Source of the DNA: Opitutales bacterium
GTDB lineage: Bacteria; Verrucomicrobiota; Verrucomicrobiia; Opitutales; UBA953
Direction of reading: 5' to 3'
Assembly (NCBI GenBank): GCA_040398005.1
Contig: JBBAUX010000002.1
Span: forward strand, 32,001-96,000
Length of the DNA: 64,000 nucleotides
Shown here: piece after piece, positions 29,503 to 38,989 of the stretch
How the letters are laid out: each line of letters opens with the position of its first letter
How positions within the stretch are numbered: the first letter of the stretch is position 1
The notes under the pieces: model-generated
What the model was told of the DNA's origin: nothing
What the model saw: only the letters and a program-made list of their open reading frames with translations
Databases searched by the model: none
Translations under genes and position numbers: made by a program

Positions 29503-30447
29503 ATGGCTGCTGCGCGAATTCGTTGTGGGGTAGTGGGGACCGGTTCACTCGGTCAACATCATGCCCGTATTTACTCCACCTTACCAGATGCGGAGCTCGC
29601 TGGTATTTATGAGCCTAACGATGAGCGGGCCCAAGAAATTTGTGCCAAGCACAAGTGCAAAAGATTTTTATCGTTAGATGAAATGGCCGCCGCGTGTGAT
29701 GCGGTGAGTGTCGTGGTTCCGACCAATTTACACGCCGAGGTTGCCATTCCATTGCTGAAAAAGGGATGTCACCTTCTCATTGAGAAACCTTTGTGTGTAA
29801 CCTTAGAAGAAGCGTCCCAGATTTTGAATGCGGCTCATGAGTCTCAACGTATTGTGCAAGTGGGACACATTGAACATTATAATCCGGTGATGTCCTCTTT
29901 GGAGAAAACCGCTACCAACCCACGCTACATCACCGCCGAACGATTAGCCCCATTCACCCCACGTGGCACTGAAGTAGGTGTAGTGCTAGATTTAATGATT
30001 CACGATATTGGAATCGTTTTACAATTAGCCAATTCGCCGGTGGAGCGGATTGATGCAGTCGGCGTCTCCGTCGTCACCAAAACCGAAGACATCGCTAACG
30101 CGCGAATACTTTTCAAGAACGGCTGTGTGGCTAATTTAAATGCCAGTCGGGTTTCGCTGAAGAAGAATCGTGAGATTCGGGTGTTCCAAAATGGCAGTTA
30201 TCTCTCGATTGATTTCATGGAGCAGAAGGGGCACACCGTGCGCATTGATCCCACCGTGCCGGGTGGAATCATTAAAGAAGAGATTCCGATTGAGAAGGCC
30301 GAGCCTCTCGCGGTGGAATTAAACTCATTCGTGAACTGTGTTCGCGAAAGAAAAAGTCCCAAAGTTTCGGGAGAGCTGGGACGTAATGCTTTAGATGTAG
30401 CGATTAAAATCACGGAACAGATTCGCGCAGGAATGCAGCGTGCATGA
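29503..30447 (+). CDS. Gfo/Idh/MocA oxidoreductase, GnnA-like (UDP-GlcNAc 3-dehydrogenase)
   Basis: GTGSLG, EKP, VGHIEHYNP, DLMIHD; overlaps the lpxB start. Confidence 0.8.
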   Translation: MAAARIRCGVVGTGSLGQHHARIYSTLPDAELAGIYEPNDERAQEICAKHKCKRFLSLDEMAAACDAVSVVVPTNLHAEVAIPLLKKGCHLLIEKPLCVTLEEASQILNAAHESQRIVQVGHIEHYNPVMSSLEKTATNPRYITAERLAPFTPRGTEVGVVLDLMIHDIGIVLQLANSPVERIDAVGVSVVTKTEDIANARILFKNGCVANLNASRVSLKKNREIRVFQNGSYLSIDFMEQKGHTVRIDPTVPGGIIKEEIPIEKAEPLAVELNSFVNCVRERKSPKVSGELGRNALDVAIKITEQIRAGMQRA

Positions 30448-31634
30448 GTCATTTTCCCTCCATCCCAGTAAAATTTGAGCGTCCACGAGCGGGTGGGGTC
30501 GATGTATTGATTTTAGCCGGAGAGCATTCGGGCGATCAGCACGCCGCGAAAATCGTGAAGGAGCTTTTAACGAAAAATCCTCAATTAAAAATCGCGGCGT
30601 TTGGTGGACCGAGTCTGCGAGCGGCAGGTGCTCAATTACTTTTTGATATGACCGGATTTTCTGCCGTAGGGATTGTCGAAGTTCTAGCCGCGTATCCTTT
30701 TTACAAAAAACTTTTTTCTCGGATGGTAGATTGGACGAAAGTGTGGAAGCCAGGTTTGGTCATTTTAGTCGACTACCCTGGACTGAATTTACGATTTGCG
30801 GATGAATTACGCGAGGCCGGGATTTCGGTGAAGGGCGGAGGTAAGACCCAAGTGATTCAATATGTAAGCCCACAATTATGGGCCTGGAAACCCAATCGGC
30901 GATTTTCGATGGCTCGTGACCTCGATGCGCTCGGAACGATTTTTCCTTTTGAGCCTGCTGTTTATAAAGACACGAAGTTAGATGCCCGATTTGTGGGACA
31001 TCCTTTTGCCGAACCAGGTCATCATTCTAATTTATCTTACGACCCCGACGGGCCCATTTTACTTTTACCCGGAAGTCGCCCCAAGCCGGTTAAGAAAATC
31101 TTTCCCACGTTGATTGAAGCTTTCGCTCTGTTTCGGAAAAATTATCCCAAGAAACGTGCGGTCGTTTTACACACGGGTGGTGCAGTGCATGCGGAACTCT
31201 ATCGACTCTGTGCGGAATATGGTAATCAAGCGAAGGGTATTGATTTACTCCCTGTCGGTGAAGCAAATATCGCAGCGAGCGCAGCACTCGTCAGTTCTGG
31301 AACGATGTCATTAACCGTAGCATTAGCGGGGATTCCTGGTGCGGTGGTTTATCGAGCTAATCCCTTAACCTGGTGGGTGGGACGTCGATTAATCGCTGGG
31401 AGAATCGACAATCTGGGTATCGCGAATATTTTATTAAAACGTCAAGCCTGGCCCGAGTATTTACAGACGGAATGTGAGCTCGAGTCTTTAGCGGAAAGAC
31501 TTAAGCAGTGCGTGGAAGATTCTTCGGTTCGTCAATCAGCGCAGGCCGATGCTAAAGAACTTTTCACCCTTCTCTCCGCTCAGGCTGGATCAACACCCGT
31601 TGAGTGGATTTCTAGTTTTATAAATCCCAAGTAA
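30444..31634 (+). CDS. lpxB: Lipid-A-disaccharide synthase
   Basis: AGEHSGD, DYPGLN, YVSPQLWAW, FPFE, FVGHP, LLPGSR, SGT. Confidence 0.95.
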   Translation: MSHFPSIPVKFERPRAGGVDVLILAGEHSGDQHAAKIVKELLTKNPQLKIAAFGGPSLRAAGAQLLFDMTGFSAVGIVEVLAAYPFYKKLFSRMVDWTKVWKPGLVILVDYPGLNLRFADELREAGISVKGGGKTQVIQYVSPQLWAWKPNRRFSMARDLDALGTIFPFEPAVYKDTKLDARFVGHPFAEPGHHSNLSYDPDGPILLLPGSRPKPVKKIFPTLIEAFALFRKNYPKKRAVVLHTGGAVHAELYRLCAEYGNQAKGIDLLPVGEANIAASAALVSSGTMSLTVALAGIPGAVVYRANPLTWWVGRRLIAGRIDNLGIANILLKRQAWPEYLQTECELESLAERLKQCVEDSSVRQSAQADAKELFTLLSAQAGSTPVEWISSFINPK

Positions 31635-31636
31635 TT

Positions 31637-32512
31637 ATGAAAATTATTATTTTGGGATGTGGTTATATTGGGACGGCTTTAGCCCACTTAGCAAAATCTC
31701 AAGGTCACGAAGTTGTAGGTGTGGTTCGATCCGATAAATCAAAACAACAATTAGAGTCGTCGGGCATACCGAGTTTGGCTTTTGATATTTCTAGTTCCGA
31801 TTGGTCGGGACTGCCCAATGATTTTGATGCGGTGGTTTATGCGGCGAGTACGGGTGGAGGCGGTCCCGATGCGTATACTTTGGCCTATGATTTAGGGGTT
31901 AAGAATGCGATTCGTTGGGCTGAGCAATCCAAGGTGAGCTGTTTTATTTTTACTAGTTCAACCGGGGTGTATCGGCAGGATGATGGGGGACGCGTCACGG
32001 AGGAAAGTATGGCGGGTGGAGAAACGATTGCGGATATTATTTTAGCTGGGGAAAAATCCGTATTAAATTCCAAGATTCAAAATACTCGGGTGCTGCGACT
32101 CGGCGGGTTGTATGGTCCAGGCCGTCACCACCTACTTAATCAACTCATGCGTGGTGAACTTATTTTTGGTGGACGCACGGATCACTTAATTAATTACCTG
32201 CATCGCGATGACGCAGCGAGTGCGGTTTTAGCAGCTTGTTTAAGTGGTCCGACGGGTTCGCGTGTTTATAATATCACGGATGGTCATCCCGTGCGGAAAG
32301 ATGAACTCATTCAGTGGATTGCCAAAAAACTTAGTAAGGGTGAGCCGGTCTTTGACATCAATGCACCTGCTGGACCTCGGATGCAACGAGGTGGCCGAAC
32401 GCAGCCCAGTCGATTTATTGAAAATAGCCGGGCCTTACATGAACTGAATTGGAGGCCCCGGTTTTCTTCTATATTAGAGGGCCTAACTGAAATCATTGAT
32501 TTAATGGGCTAA
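31637..32512 (+). CDS. NAD-dependent epimerase/dehydratase (YeeZ-like atypical SDR)
   Basis: GCGYIG, SSTGVY, LRLGGLYGPGR. Confidence 0.85.
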   Translation: MKIIILGCGYIGTALAHLAKSQGHEVVGVVRSDKSKQQLESSGIPSLAFDISSSDWSGLPNDFDAVVYAASTGGGGPDAYTLAYDLGVKNAIRWAEQSKVSCFIFTSSTGVYRQDDGGRVTEESMAGGETIADIILAGEKSVLNSKIQNTRVLRLGGLYGPGRHHLLNQLMRGELIFGGRTDHLINYLHRDDAASAVLAACLSGPTGSRVYNITDGHPVRKDELIQWIAKKLSKGEPVFDINAPAGPRMQRGGRTQPSRFIENSRALHELNWRPRFSSILEGLTEIIDLMG

Positions 32513-32566
32513 TTTCCGTTATTTTAACAAATATTTACAGGGAAAAGTTAAGTAGACCCAGTCTCA

Positions 32567-32595
32567 TAGTCACCTATTTGTCACATGATAGTCAT
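32567..32595 (+). promoter_or_regulatory. PHO-box-like triple direct repeat
   Basis: TAGTCAC-N4-TTGTCAC-N4-TAGTCAT; GTCA at 32569, 32580 and 32591 (exact 11-bp period). Confidence 0.65.
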
Positions 32596-32649
32596 AGGTT
32601 TGAAATGTGAAAATGGTAAGGTGTGGGTGCTTTCATCACATACTATCCT

Positions 32650-34095
32650 ATGAATACCAACATCAAATCCATGCTCATCGCAGCTGCAGCACTCACTGCT
32701 GTATCTTCGTTTGCACAAGACAAAGCCACTCTCGATCTTTTGGTCAAGAAGGGTCTTATCACCGCTGAAGAGCGCGCCAAGACATTGGACGAATCTTCAC
32801 AAGCTCGCGCCGTTTCCGGCGTAGGCCGCGTTTTCCCTAAGGAAGATGCCACTAAACGCTTAACCATTGCTGGTTATTTCCAAGCTGCTTACCAGTCCTT
32901 TAACTATAAGCAAGATGGTCTCGCCACCGATATGGCTAACCAAAGCCAATTCCTCATGCGTCGTCTGTACGTTGAAATTCTCGCTGACATCGGCGAAGGT
33001 ATCTCCGGTAACATCGTTCTCGATACTTCTGGTAACACTACCTCAAGCTCAACCTCTTGGTTAGATCGCGCAATCGTTTCTCACTCGAGCAACATCGGCA
33101 CTTTCGATGTTGGTTACAAGAAAGTAACCTGGGGTTACGAAGAAAGCACTCTCTCCTCACTCTTCAAAGCTTCGTCCTCGAAGTTGTACACAGTTGAGCG
33201 TGGTATCACCAATCGCTATTGGAATGAAGCTGAAAACGGTAACTCAGCTCGCTCTGATGGACGTCGTCTCGGTTTCGGTGCCCACCACACTGGTATTCAC
33301 TACTCCAGCGTAGTTAATCCACAAGGTTTTGAGTTCGGTGCCTCGGTTGTTGACAGTGCCCAAGGTCGTGTGACCGAAGGTAACGGTTCTAATGATCTTG
33401 GTTACTTCGCTAACGTCGTTTGGAATAACAAAGTTTCCGATAACGAAAAATACGCAATTGGTGTGAACTACGGTAAGACCAAGTATTTCGCTTCAACTGC
33501 AACCACTACCTATGTGACCTCTGGTGCAGTAACGACAGCTACAACATCCACCCCTGCAAGCACCTTAGCTACCATGGAAGGTTACAATCCTTTCGTACAA
33601 GCTCAGTACTTCAACTGGACTGTATACGGCGAGTACCTCTCCACCAAGGTTACCTCCTCCAAAGATGCTGCCGTTAACACTGATGACCAAGATCGCAAGC
33701 CAACTGGCTACAATGCGACCGTGGTATACAAGATTAATGATAATTGGGAAGGCGTAGCTCGCTACACCGTTCTTGATACCGATGATCGTGGCGTCAAAAT
33801 CTCTGATGGTGAGCGTGGTTTCTCCACTAAGTCTAATGCTGCTTCTCCTGCTGCGTCTGGTAACTCCGATGCTTCTTGGAACAAGTCGGACGCCGTCTAT
33901 CTCGGCTTAAACTACTACTTCACCATCCCAGTAGCTGGTGGTGCAGTTGTTAATGGTCCTAACGCCAAGATTCAGTTTGGTTTAGAGCGTGCTAACTTCA
34001 AGGGTAAAGTTACCCAGTCAGCTGGTAACGCTACACACAATAACGACAAAGCTCACGTAGACGTACTTCGTCTCCAGGCCCAAGTGGGTTTCTAA
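32650..34095 (+). CDS. Outer-membrane porin (OprO/OprP-like, possibly phosphate-selective)
   Basis: Signal peptide, LDLLVKKGLIT periplasmic motif, FLMRRLY, beta-strand-rich sequence, C-terminal Phe (LQAQVGF); codon choice looks like a highly expressed gene; start trimmed to the ATG at 32650. Confidence 0.8.
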   Translation: MNTNIKSMLIAAAALTAVSSFAQDKATLDLLVKKGLITAEERAKTLDESSQARAVSGVGRVFPKEDATKRLTIAGYFQAAYQSFNYKQDGLATDMANQSQFLMRRLYVEILADIGEGISGNIVLDTSGNTTSSSTSWLDRAIVSHSSNIGTFDVGYKKVTWGYEESTLSSLFKASSSKLYTVERGITNRYWNEAENGNSARSDGRRLGFGAHHTGIHYSSVVNPQGFEFGASVVDSAQGRVTEGNGSNDLGYFANVVWNNKVSDNEKYAIGVNYGKTKYFASTATTTYVTSGAVTTATTSTPASTLATMEGYNPFVQAQYFNWTVYGEYLSTKVTSSKDAAVNTDDQDRKPTGYNATVVYKINDNWEGVARYTVLDTDDRGVKISDGERGFSTKSNAASPAASGNSDASWNKSDAVYLGLNYYFTIPVAGGAVVNGPNAKIQFGLERANFKGKVTQSAGNATHNNDKAHVDVLRLQAQVGF

Positions 34096-34123
34096 GCTAA
34101 AGAGTTTAGTTTCATAGCACTTC

Positions 34124-34155
34124 GAGGGCCGACGAAAGTCGGCCCTCTTTATTTT
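34124..34155 (+). terminator. Intrinsic terminator of the porin gene
   Basis: GAGGGCCGAC-GAAA-GTCGGCCCTC followed by TTTATTTT. Confidence 0.9.
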
Positions 34156-34194
34156 ATAAATTAATGACGCGTCGACCGATCGCGGCTGCATCGA

Positions 34195-35376
34195 TTACGA
34201 CAGGCGATTCTTGTAATCTGCGTAACCGAATTTTCTCACCACCTGTACCTTGCCTGCTTGTGGATCGTAAGTGGCAATGGCTGGCAGCGGTACACCGTTA
34301 AAGGTGGTATTCTTAACAAAAGTATAATGCGACATGTCCATGAATAGAATGCGCTGGCCGATCTTTAAGGGCTCCGCGAAAGAGTAGTCGCCAATGACGT
34401 CACCCGCTAAGCAGGTAACGCTCCCGAGGCGGTAAGTATGGGGCAGCACGCCAGGCATATCAGCCCCGAGGATATCAGCCCGGTAGGGCATCTCTAGAGT
34501 GTCAGGCATATGGTTGGTCGCCGAAACGTCGATAATGGCTATATCCACGCCGTTATGAACTAAGTCTAAAATAGTTCCCACGAGTACGCCGGTACCAATA
34601 CCGACGGCTTCACCAGGTTCGAGGTAGACTTGAATGTTTTGTCCCCACTTGGCTTTAAAGTTTTTGATAATTTTAACGAGTAGTTCGATGTCGTAGCCAG
34701 GACGCGTGATGTGATGTCCACCCCCGAAGTTCACCCATTTCATCTGAGGAATAAACTCTCCGAATCTTTTCTCAAAGGCTGCCACGGTGCGTTCTAAGAC
34801 ATCAGCCCCTTGCTGACACATGGTATGAAAGTGAAGGCCTTCCAAGCCTTCTAAATCACTCGCTGATTTAATCTCTGAGCGGAGTGCGCCGAGGCGTGAG
34901 CCAGAGGCACAGGGATTATAAAGTTCGACCTCAACTTCAGCATGCTCGGGATTAACTCTCAGGCCAAACGACACTTTGCGTGTCGCAGACTTGGCTACGG
35001 CCTGATGGCGCTTCCACTGATTGATCGAATTAAAGGAAATATGGTCAGCGACTCTCAAGAGATGCACAAACTCATCATCTTTAAATGCCGGTGAATAGGC
35101 ATGCACTTCACCGTCGAATTCTTCTCGACCTAAGAGCGCTTCGTTAATTCCACTTGCGGTGGTTCCTGCGAGGTATTGGCGAATGAGTTTGGCTTCGCTG
35201 AATTGAGCAAAACCCTTGAGTGCTAAAATAATTTTCGCGCCGGAGCGGTCCATCACTCCGCGAAGAATCTTTAAGTTATTTTCTAATAAGCCGCGGTGGA
35301 GGACGTGACAGGGGCTAGGGACCTGCGAGAGGTCGATTTTCTTGAAGGCTTCTGAAAGGGGATCGGACACAGCCAA
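34195..35376 (-). CDS. nspC: Carboxy(nor)spermidine decarboxylase
   Basis: LALKGF, LRVNPE, YNPCASGSRLG, GLHFH, GGGHHITR, LEPGE, CLAGD, KNTTFNG; start may instead be the GTG at 35370. Confidence 0.93.
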   Translation of the reverse strand: MAVSDPLSEAFKKIDLSQVPSPCHVLHRGLLENNLKILRGVMDRSGAKIILALKGFAQFSEAKLIRQYLAGTTASGINEALLGREEFDGEVHAYSPAFKDDEFVHLLRVADHISFNSINQWKRHQAVAKSATRKVSFGLRVNPEHAEVEVELYNPCASGSRLGALRSEIKSASDLEGLEGLHFHTMCQQGADVLERTVAAFEKRFGEFIPQMKWVNFGGGHHITRPGYDIELLVKIIKNFKAKWGQNIQVYLEPGEAVGIGTGVLVGTILDLVHNGVDIAIIDVSATNHMPDTLEMPYRADILGADMPGVLPHTYRLGSVTCLAGDVIGDYSFAEPLKIGQRILFMDMSHYTFVKNTTFNGVPLPAIATYDPQAGKVQVVRKFGYADYKNRLS

Positions 35377-35407
35377 TAAGTGAGGGGAGATTTCTTAAGT
35401 CGCAAAT

Positions 35408-35436
35408 AAAAAGCCCGCATTGCTGCGGGCTTTTTT
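35408..35436 (-). terminator. Intrinsic terminator between the dehydrogenase gene and nspC
   Basis: AAAAAGCCCGCA-TTGC-TGCGGGCTTTTT; U-tract on both strands. Confidence 0.8.
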
Positions 35437-35454
35437 AGGTTATGTGTTTTTTAA

Positions 35455-36657
35455 TTAAACGGGCAGTTCTTGAATCTGCCAAGGGAGGCCGCGTTTATTT
35501 AATTCTTCCATGAATGGATCGGGGTCGCACTCTTCCATATTCCAAACGCCTGGTTTGAGCCATTTACCTGTGGCAACCATCGCACCGCCAATGGCTGCAG
35601 GAACGCCTGTGGTATAGCTAATCGCTTGGGACTTAACTTCCGCGTAGCACTCTTGGTGGTCGCAAACGTTGTAGATAAATACTTTGCGGGGCTTGCCGTT
35701 TTTGGTGCCCGTAATTTCGCAACCGATACAGGTCTTACCCTTGGTGCGTGGACCGAGTGAAGCGGGATCAGGCAATAAGGCTTTGAGGAATTGAATCGGA
35801 ACAATCGAGTGACCTTGGAATTCAATGGGGTCGATCCGAGTCATCCCGACATTTTCTAAAACTTTGAGGTGGTTGAGGTAGTTGTCCGAGAAGGTCATGA
35901 AGAAACGAATACGCTTCAGACCTTTGATGTTCTTGGCTAAGGATTCTAATTCCTCGTGGAAGAGGAGGTAGCTGGGTTTAGGTCCGAGTACGGGATAGTT
36001 GTAATCCACGCGTAGTTTGGGGTCGAGGGGTTCGGTTTCTATCCATTGACCGTTTTCCCAGTAGCGTCCACGCTGGGTGATTTCGCGGATATTAATTTCG
36101 GGATTAAAATTAGTAGCGAAGGCGTAACCGTGATCACCGGCATTCGCATCCATGATATCAATAGTATCAATCGTATCGAACAGGTGCTTCTGGGCGTAAG
36201 CGCAGAATACATTGGTCACACCTGGATCAAAGCCCGAACCAAGTAATGCCATTAAGCCGGCTTTTTCAAAACGCTCGCGATAATTCCACTGCCAGGAATA
36301 TTCAAACTTCGCTAAGTGAGGGGGCTCGTAGTTCGCAGTGTCGACGTAGTGAATGCCAGCATGTAAGCAGGCGTCCATCAACGGAAGATCTTGATAGGGC
36401 AGGGCAACGTTGATGAGCAACTCTGCACCGAAAGATTTAATCAGGGCGACGGTGGCTTGTACGTTGTCGGCATCGATGGCGGCTGTTTTAATCGTGCGAC
36501 CCGTGGCCGCTTTCACATCGCTCGCGATCGCTTTGCATTTATTTTCATTACGCGAGGCCAGCATGATTTCCGAAAACGCTTCGGGATGCATCGCACATTT
36601 ATGGGCGACGACGTTACCAACGCCACCCGCTCCAATAATCAGAACTTTTTTGCTCAT
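35455..36657 (-). CDS. Carboxy(nor)spermidine dehydrogenase (saccharopine dehydrogenase family)
   Basis: IGAGGVG, NVALPYQDL, DTANYE, GFDPGVT, FATNFNPEINIRE, AISYTTGVP; adjacent to nspC. Confidence 0.92.
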   Translation of the reverse strand: MSKKVLIIGAGGVGNVVAHKCAMHPEAFSEIMLASRNENKCKAIASDVKAATGRTIKTAAIDADNVQATVALIKSFGAELLINVALPYQDLPLMDACLHAGIHYVDTANYEPPHLAKFEYSWQWNYRERFEKAGLMALLGSGFDPGVTNVFCAYAQKHLFDTIDTIDIMDANAGDHGYAFATNFNPEINIREITQRGRYWENGQWIETEPLDPKLRVDYNYPVLGPKPSYLLFHEELESLAKNIKGLKRIRFFMTFSDNYLNHLKVLENVGMTRIDPIEFQGHSIVPIQFLKALLPDPASLGPRTKGKTCIGCEITGTKNGKPRKVFIYNVCDHQECYAEVKSQAISYTTGVPAAIGGAMVATGKWLKPGVWNMEECDPDPFMEELNKRGLPWQIQELPV

Positions 36658-36779
36658 AGGATACCTTAATTTCTGTCATCATCTGCGAGAGGGGAAAGAA
36701 AAAAGGATACACAGTGAGAGACTTGGCACGGGTGACCCCTTAGACGCTTTGGAAGGTCTAGGAAAGTCGCCCTTTTGGC

Positions 36780-36856
36780 TGGCGGGATGGACGGGACTCG
36801 AACCCGCGACCTCCGCAGTGACAGTGCGGCGCTCTAACCAACTGAGCTACCACCCC
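36780..36856 (-). tRNA. tRNA-Asp (GTC)
   Basis: GGGGTGGTAGCTCAGTTGGTTAGAGCGCCGCACTGTCACTGCGGAGGTCGCGGGTTCGAGTCCCGTCCATCCCGCCA; cloverleaf with encoded CCA. Confidence 0.97.
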
Positions 36857-36925
36857 AGTAGCCAAAAGGAAGGGTAAGAAAGGTTTCCAGGACCCACTCT
36901 GTCAAACGGAAAACCGCTAAAAAGG

Positions 36926-38182
36926 TTATCTAATCTGACCAGTTCCAGTAACTTCGAACTTCCAAGTGGTTAATTCGCGTAAGCCCATAGGTCCCCGGGC
37001 GTGAAGGCGGTCGGTACTAATGCCTACTTCGGCCCCAAAGCCGAACTCTCCGCCATCCGTAAAGCGCGTGCTGGCGTTCCAGTAGACACAGGCACTGTCG
37101 ATTTGGGCAAGAAATTGGCGAGCTACAGCCTCGTCCGCCGTAATAATAGCGTCGGAGTGATGAGAGCCCAAGGTTTCGATATGGCTGACCGCAGCCTCTA
37201 GGCCGTCGACAACTTTGATATTTATAATAAGTTCGAGGTGCTCCGTGAGGTAATCTTGATCGGTGGCTCGTTTCGCCGTCGTAATAAATTTCTGGGTCTG
37301 CTCACAGCCTCTGACTTCAGTTTTATGAGCACTCAAAGCAGTACCGAGCGCAGGCAGAAATTCTGCGGCGATACTTTTATCCACTAAAACTGTTTCAGCG
37401 GCATTGCACGCGCTCGGTCTTTGACACTTGGCATTAATGATAATGCGTTCGGCCATTTTTAAATCGGCCTTAGCGTGAACATAGACGTGGCAGATACCGG
37501 CGTCGTGTTTAATCACCGGCACTTTGGCTGAATTAACCACGGCTTCAATTAAGCCAGGGCCACCGCGAGGAACAATGATGTCGACGATTCCACGAAGTGA
37601 ACCGAGTGCAGGTACGGCTTCGCGATCAGTGAAAGGCAATAGCGTTACCGCTGCGGTAGGTAGGCTGACCGCTTTTAATCCTTCAGCAAAAGATTCTGCT
37701 AAGGCGATGTTCGTGTGCACGGCTTCGCTACCGCCACGTAAGATACAGGCGTTACCTGATTTTAAACACAGCGCGGCGGCATCGACGGTCACATTAGGCC
37801 GTGATTCAAAAATAATAGCTACGAGACCCAGAGGAACTCGGCGACGAACAATTTTTAATCCGTTGGGTCTATCCCAACTCTCCACGACTTCACCCACAGG
37901 ATCAGGTAATTTTGCAACAGATTCGCAAGCTGCAGCGATATCTTCGAGTCGACTCGTATCTAGGCGCAGACGATCAGTCATCGCCTCGGTCAGTCCTTTC
38001 ACTTTCGCTTGAGCGAGGTCTTGCTGATTAGCGGAAAGGATTTTCGCAGCGTTGGATCTGACGGCTTTGGCGGCAGCCATGAGTGCAGCGGTACGAGTAG
38101 CTGTAGACGATAAAGCAACCACCCGGGCCGATTGTTTTGCAAGAGTGGCGAGTGCAGTGACGCGTTGGAGCAATTCGCTCAT
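36926..38182 (-). CDS. proA: Gamma-glutamyl phosphate reductase
   Basis: FESRPNV, LRGGSEA, SACNAAE, NASTRFTDG, LHARGPMGL. Confidence 0.97.
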   Translation of the reverse strand: MSELLQRVTALATLAKQSARVVALSSTATRTAALMAAAKAVRSNAAKILSANQQDLAQAKVKGLTEAMTDRLRLDTSRLEDIAAACESVAKLPDPVGEVVESWDRPNGLKIVRRRVPLGLVAIIFESRPNVTVDAAALCLKSGNACILRGGSEAVHTNIALAESFAEGLKAVSLPTAAVTLLPFTDREAVPALGSLRGIVDIIVPRGGPGLIEAVVNSAKVPVIKHDAGICHVYVHAKADLKMAERIIINAKCQRPSACNAAETVLVDKSIAAEFLPALGTALSAHKTEVRGCEQTQKFITTAKRATDQDYLTEHLELIINIKVVDGLEAAVSHIETLGSHHSDAIITADEAVARQFLAQIDSACVYWNASTRFTDGGEFGFGAEVGISTDRLHARGPMGLRELTTWKFEVTGTGQIR

Positions 38183-38943
38183 CGTAAATCAAAAAGGGTC
38201 CCTAATTTTTTATGAGCGGCAATCTCGAGGAGAACATTTTTCCGGCGGCCATTAGCGATTTGCGTTTTTACTTTTCCAAGAGCAGCAATTTCGGCCGCTT
38301 GTAATTTAGTAATCATACCGCCGACATTGCGTTCGGAACCCGCGCCCCCGGCGAGGCTGCGTAATTTAGCATCAATCTTTTTCACGTGAGGAATGAGTTC
38401 TCCGGTGCCATCAGACTTGGTCATCAAGCCATCAATACCCGAGAGAATAATTAATAAATCGGCCTGAACGAGTGCTGCGACGTGAGCCGAGAGGCGATCA
38501 TTGTCGCCGACACGAATTTCTTCATCCGCGATGGCATCATTCTCATTGATAATCGGCACGAATTTTTTTCGGGCTAATAATAAATCCAGAGTAGCTCGTG
38601 CATTATTGGTGCAGGTGCGACTATCTAAATCCCAATAAGTGAGAAGCATTTGAGCACCGAGTAGATGGTGGCGGGCAAAATGTTTTCGATACACCGACAT
38701 TAATTCAGGCTGTCCGACCGTTGCGCAGGCTTGGAGTTCGCGGGCATCTTTAGGACGCTTCACTAATTTCATGGCAGTCATACCGGAGGCGACGGCACCG
38801 GAGGTGACGATAACGACTTCGATGCCGCGCTTCATGAGTACGGCTACCTGGTCGCAGATACGTCCGATTTGGGCGCTATCGACTTTACCGTCTGCGCGGG
38901 TGAGCAGGCCGGAGCCTAATTTAATGACCCAACGTTTTGGCAT
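38179..38943 (-). CDS. proB: Glutamate 5-kinase (no PUA domain)
   Basis: VIKLGS, TSGAVASG, PIINEND, GDNDRL, GGMITK; ATG at 38943 preferred. Confidence 0.95.
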   Translation of the reverse strand: MPKRWVIKLGSGLLTRADGKVDSAQIGRICDQVAVLMKRGIEVVIVTSGAVASGMTAMKLVKRPKDARELQACATVGQPELMSVYRKHFARHHLLGAQMLLTYWDLDSRTCTNNARATLDLLLARKKFVPIINENDAIADEEIRVGDNDRLSAHVAALVQADLLIILSGIDGLMTKSDGTGELIPHVKKIDAKLRSLAGGAGSERNVGGMITKLQAAEIAALGKVKTQIANGRRKNVLLEIAAHKKLGTLFDLR

Positions 38944-38989
38944 GGTTATGGCAGACAAGTTAGCCGATGACTGGCGTCAATGTCCAGCG

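Noticed and set aside
34160..34195. Cluster of 6-bp palindromes (ATTAAT, ACGCGT, GTCGAC, CGATCG, ATCGAT) resembling a polylinker
   Set aside because: No vector or marker sequence nearby; it can be explained as a weak hairpin in the nspC 3' UTR or as chance
36723..36740. TTGGCACG sigma54 -24-like motif
   Set aside because: No GC at the -12 position and no plus-strand gene downstream
36660..36779. Possible island integrated at the tRNA-Asp 3' end
   Set aside because: No integrase, no duplicated tRNA end, and the flanking genes are housekeeping
36410..36877. 155-aa ORF spanning the tRNA-Asp region
   Set aside because: Antisense to both the dehydrogenase gene and the tRNA; spurious
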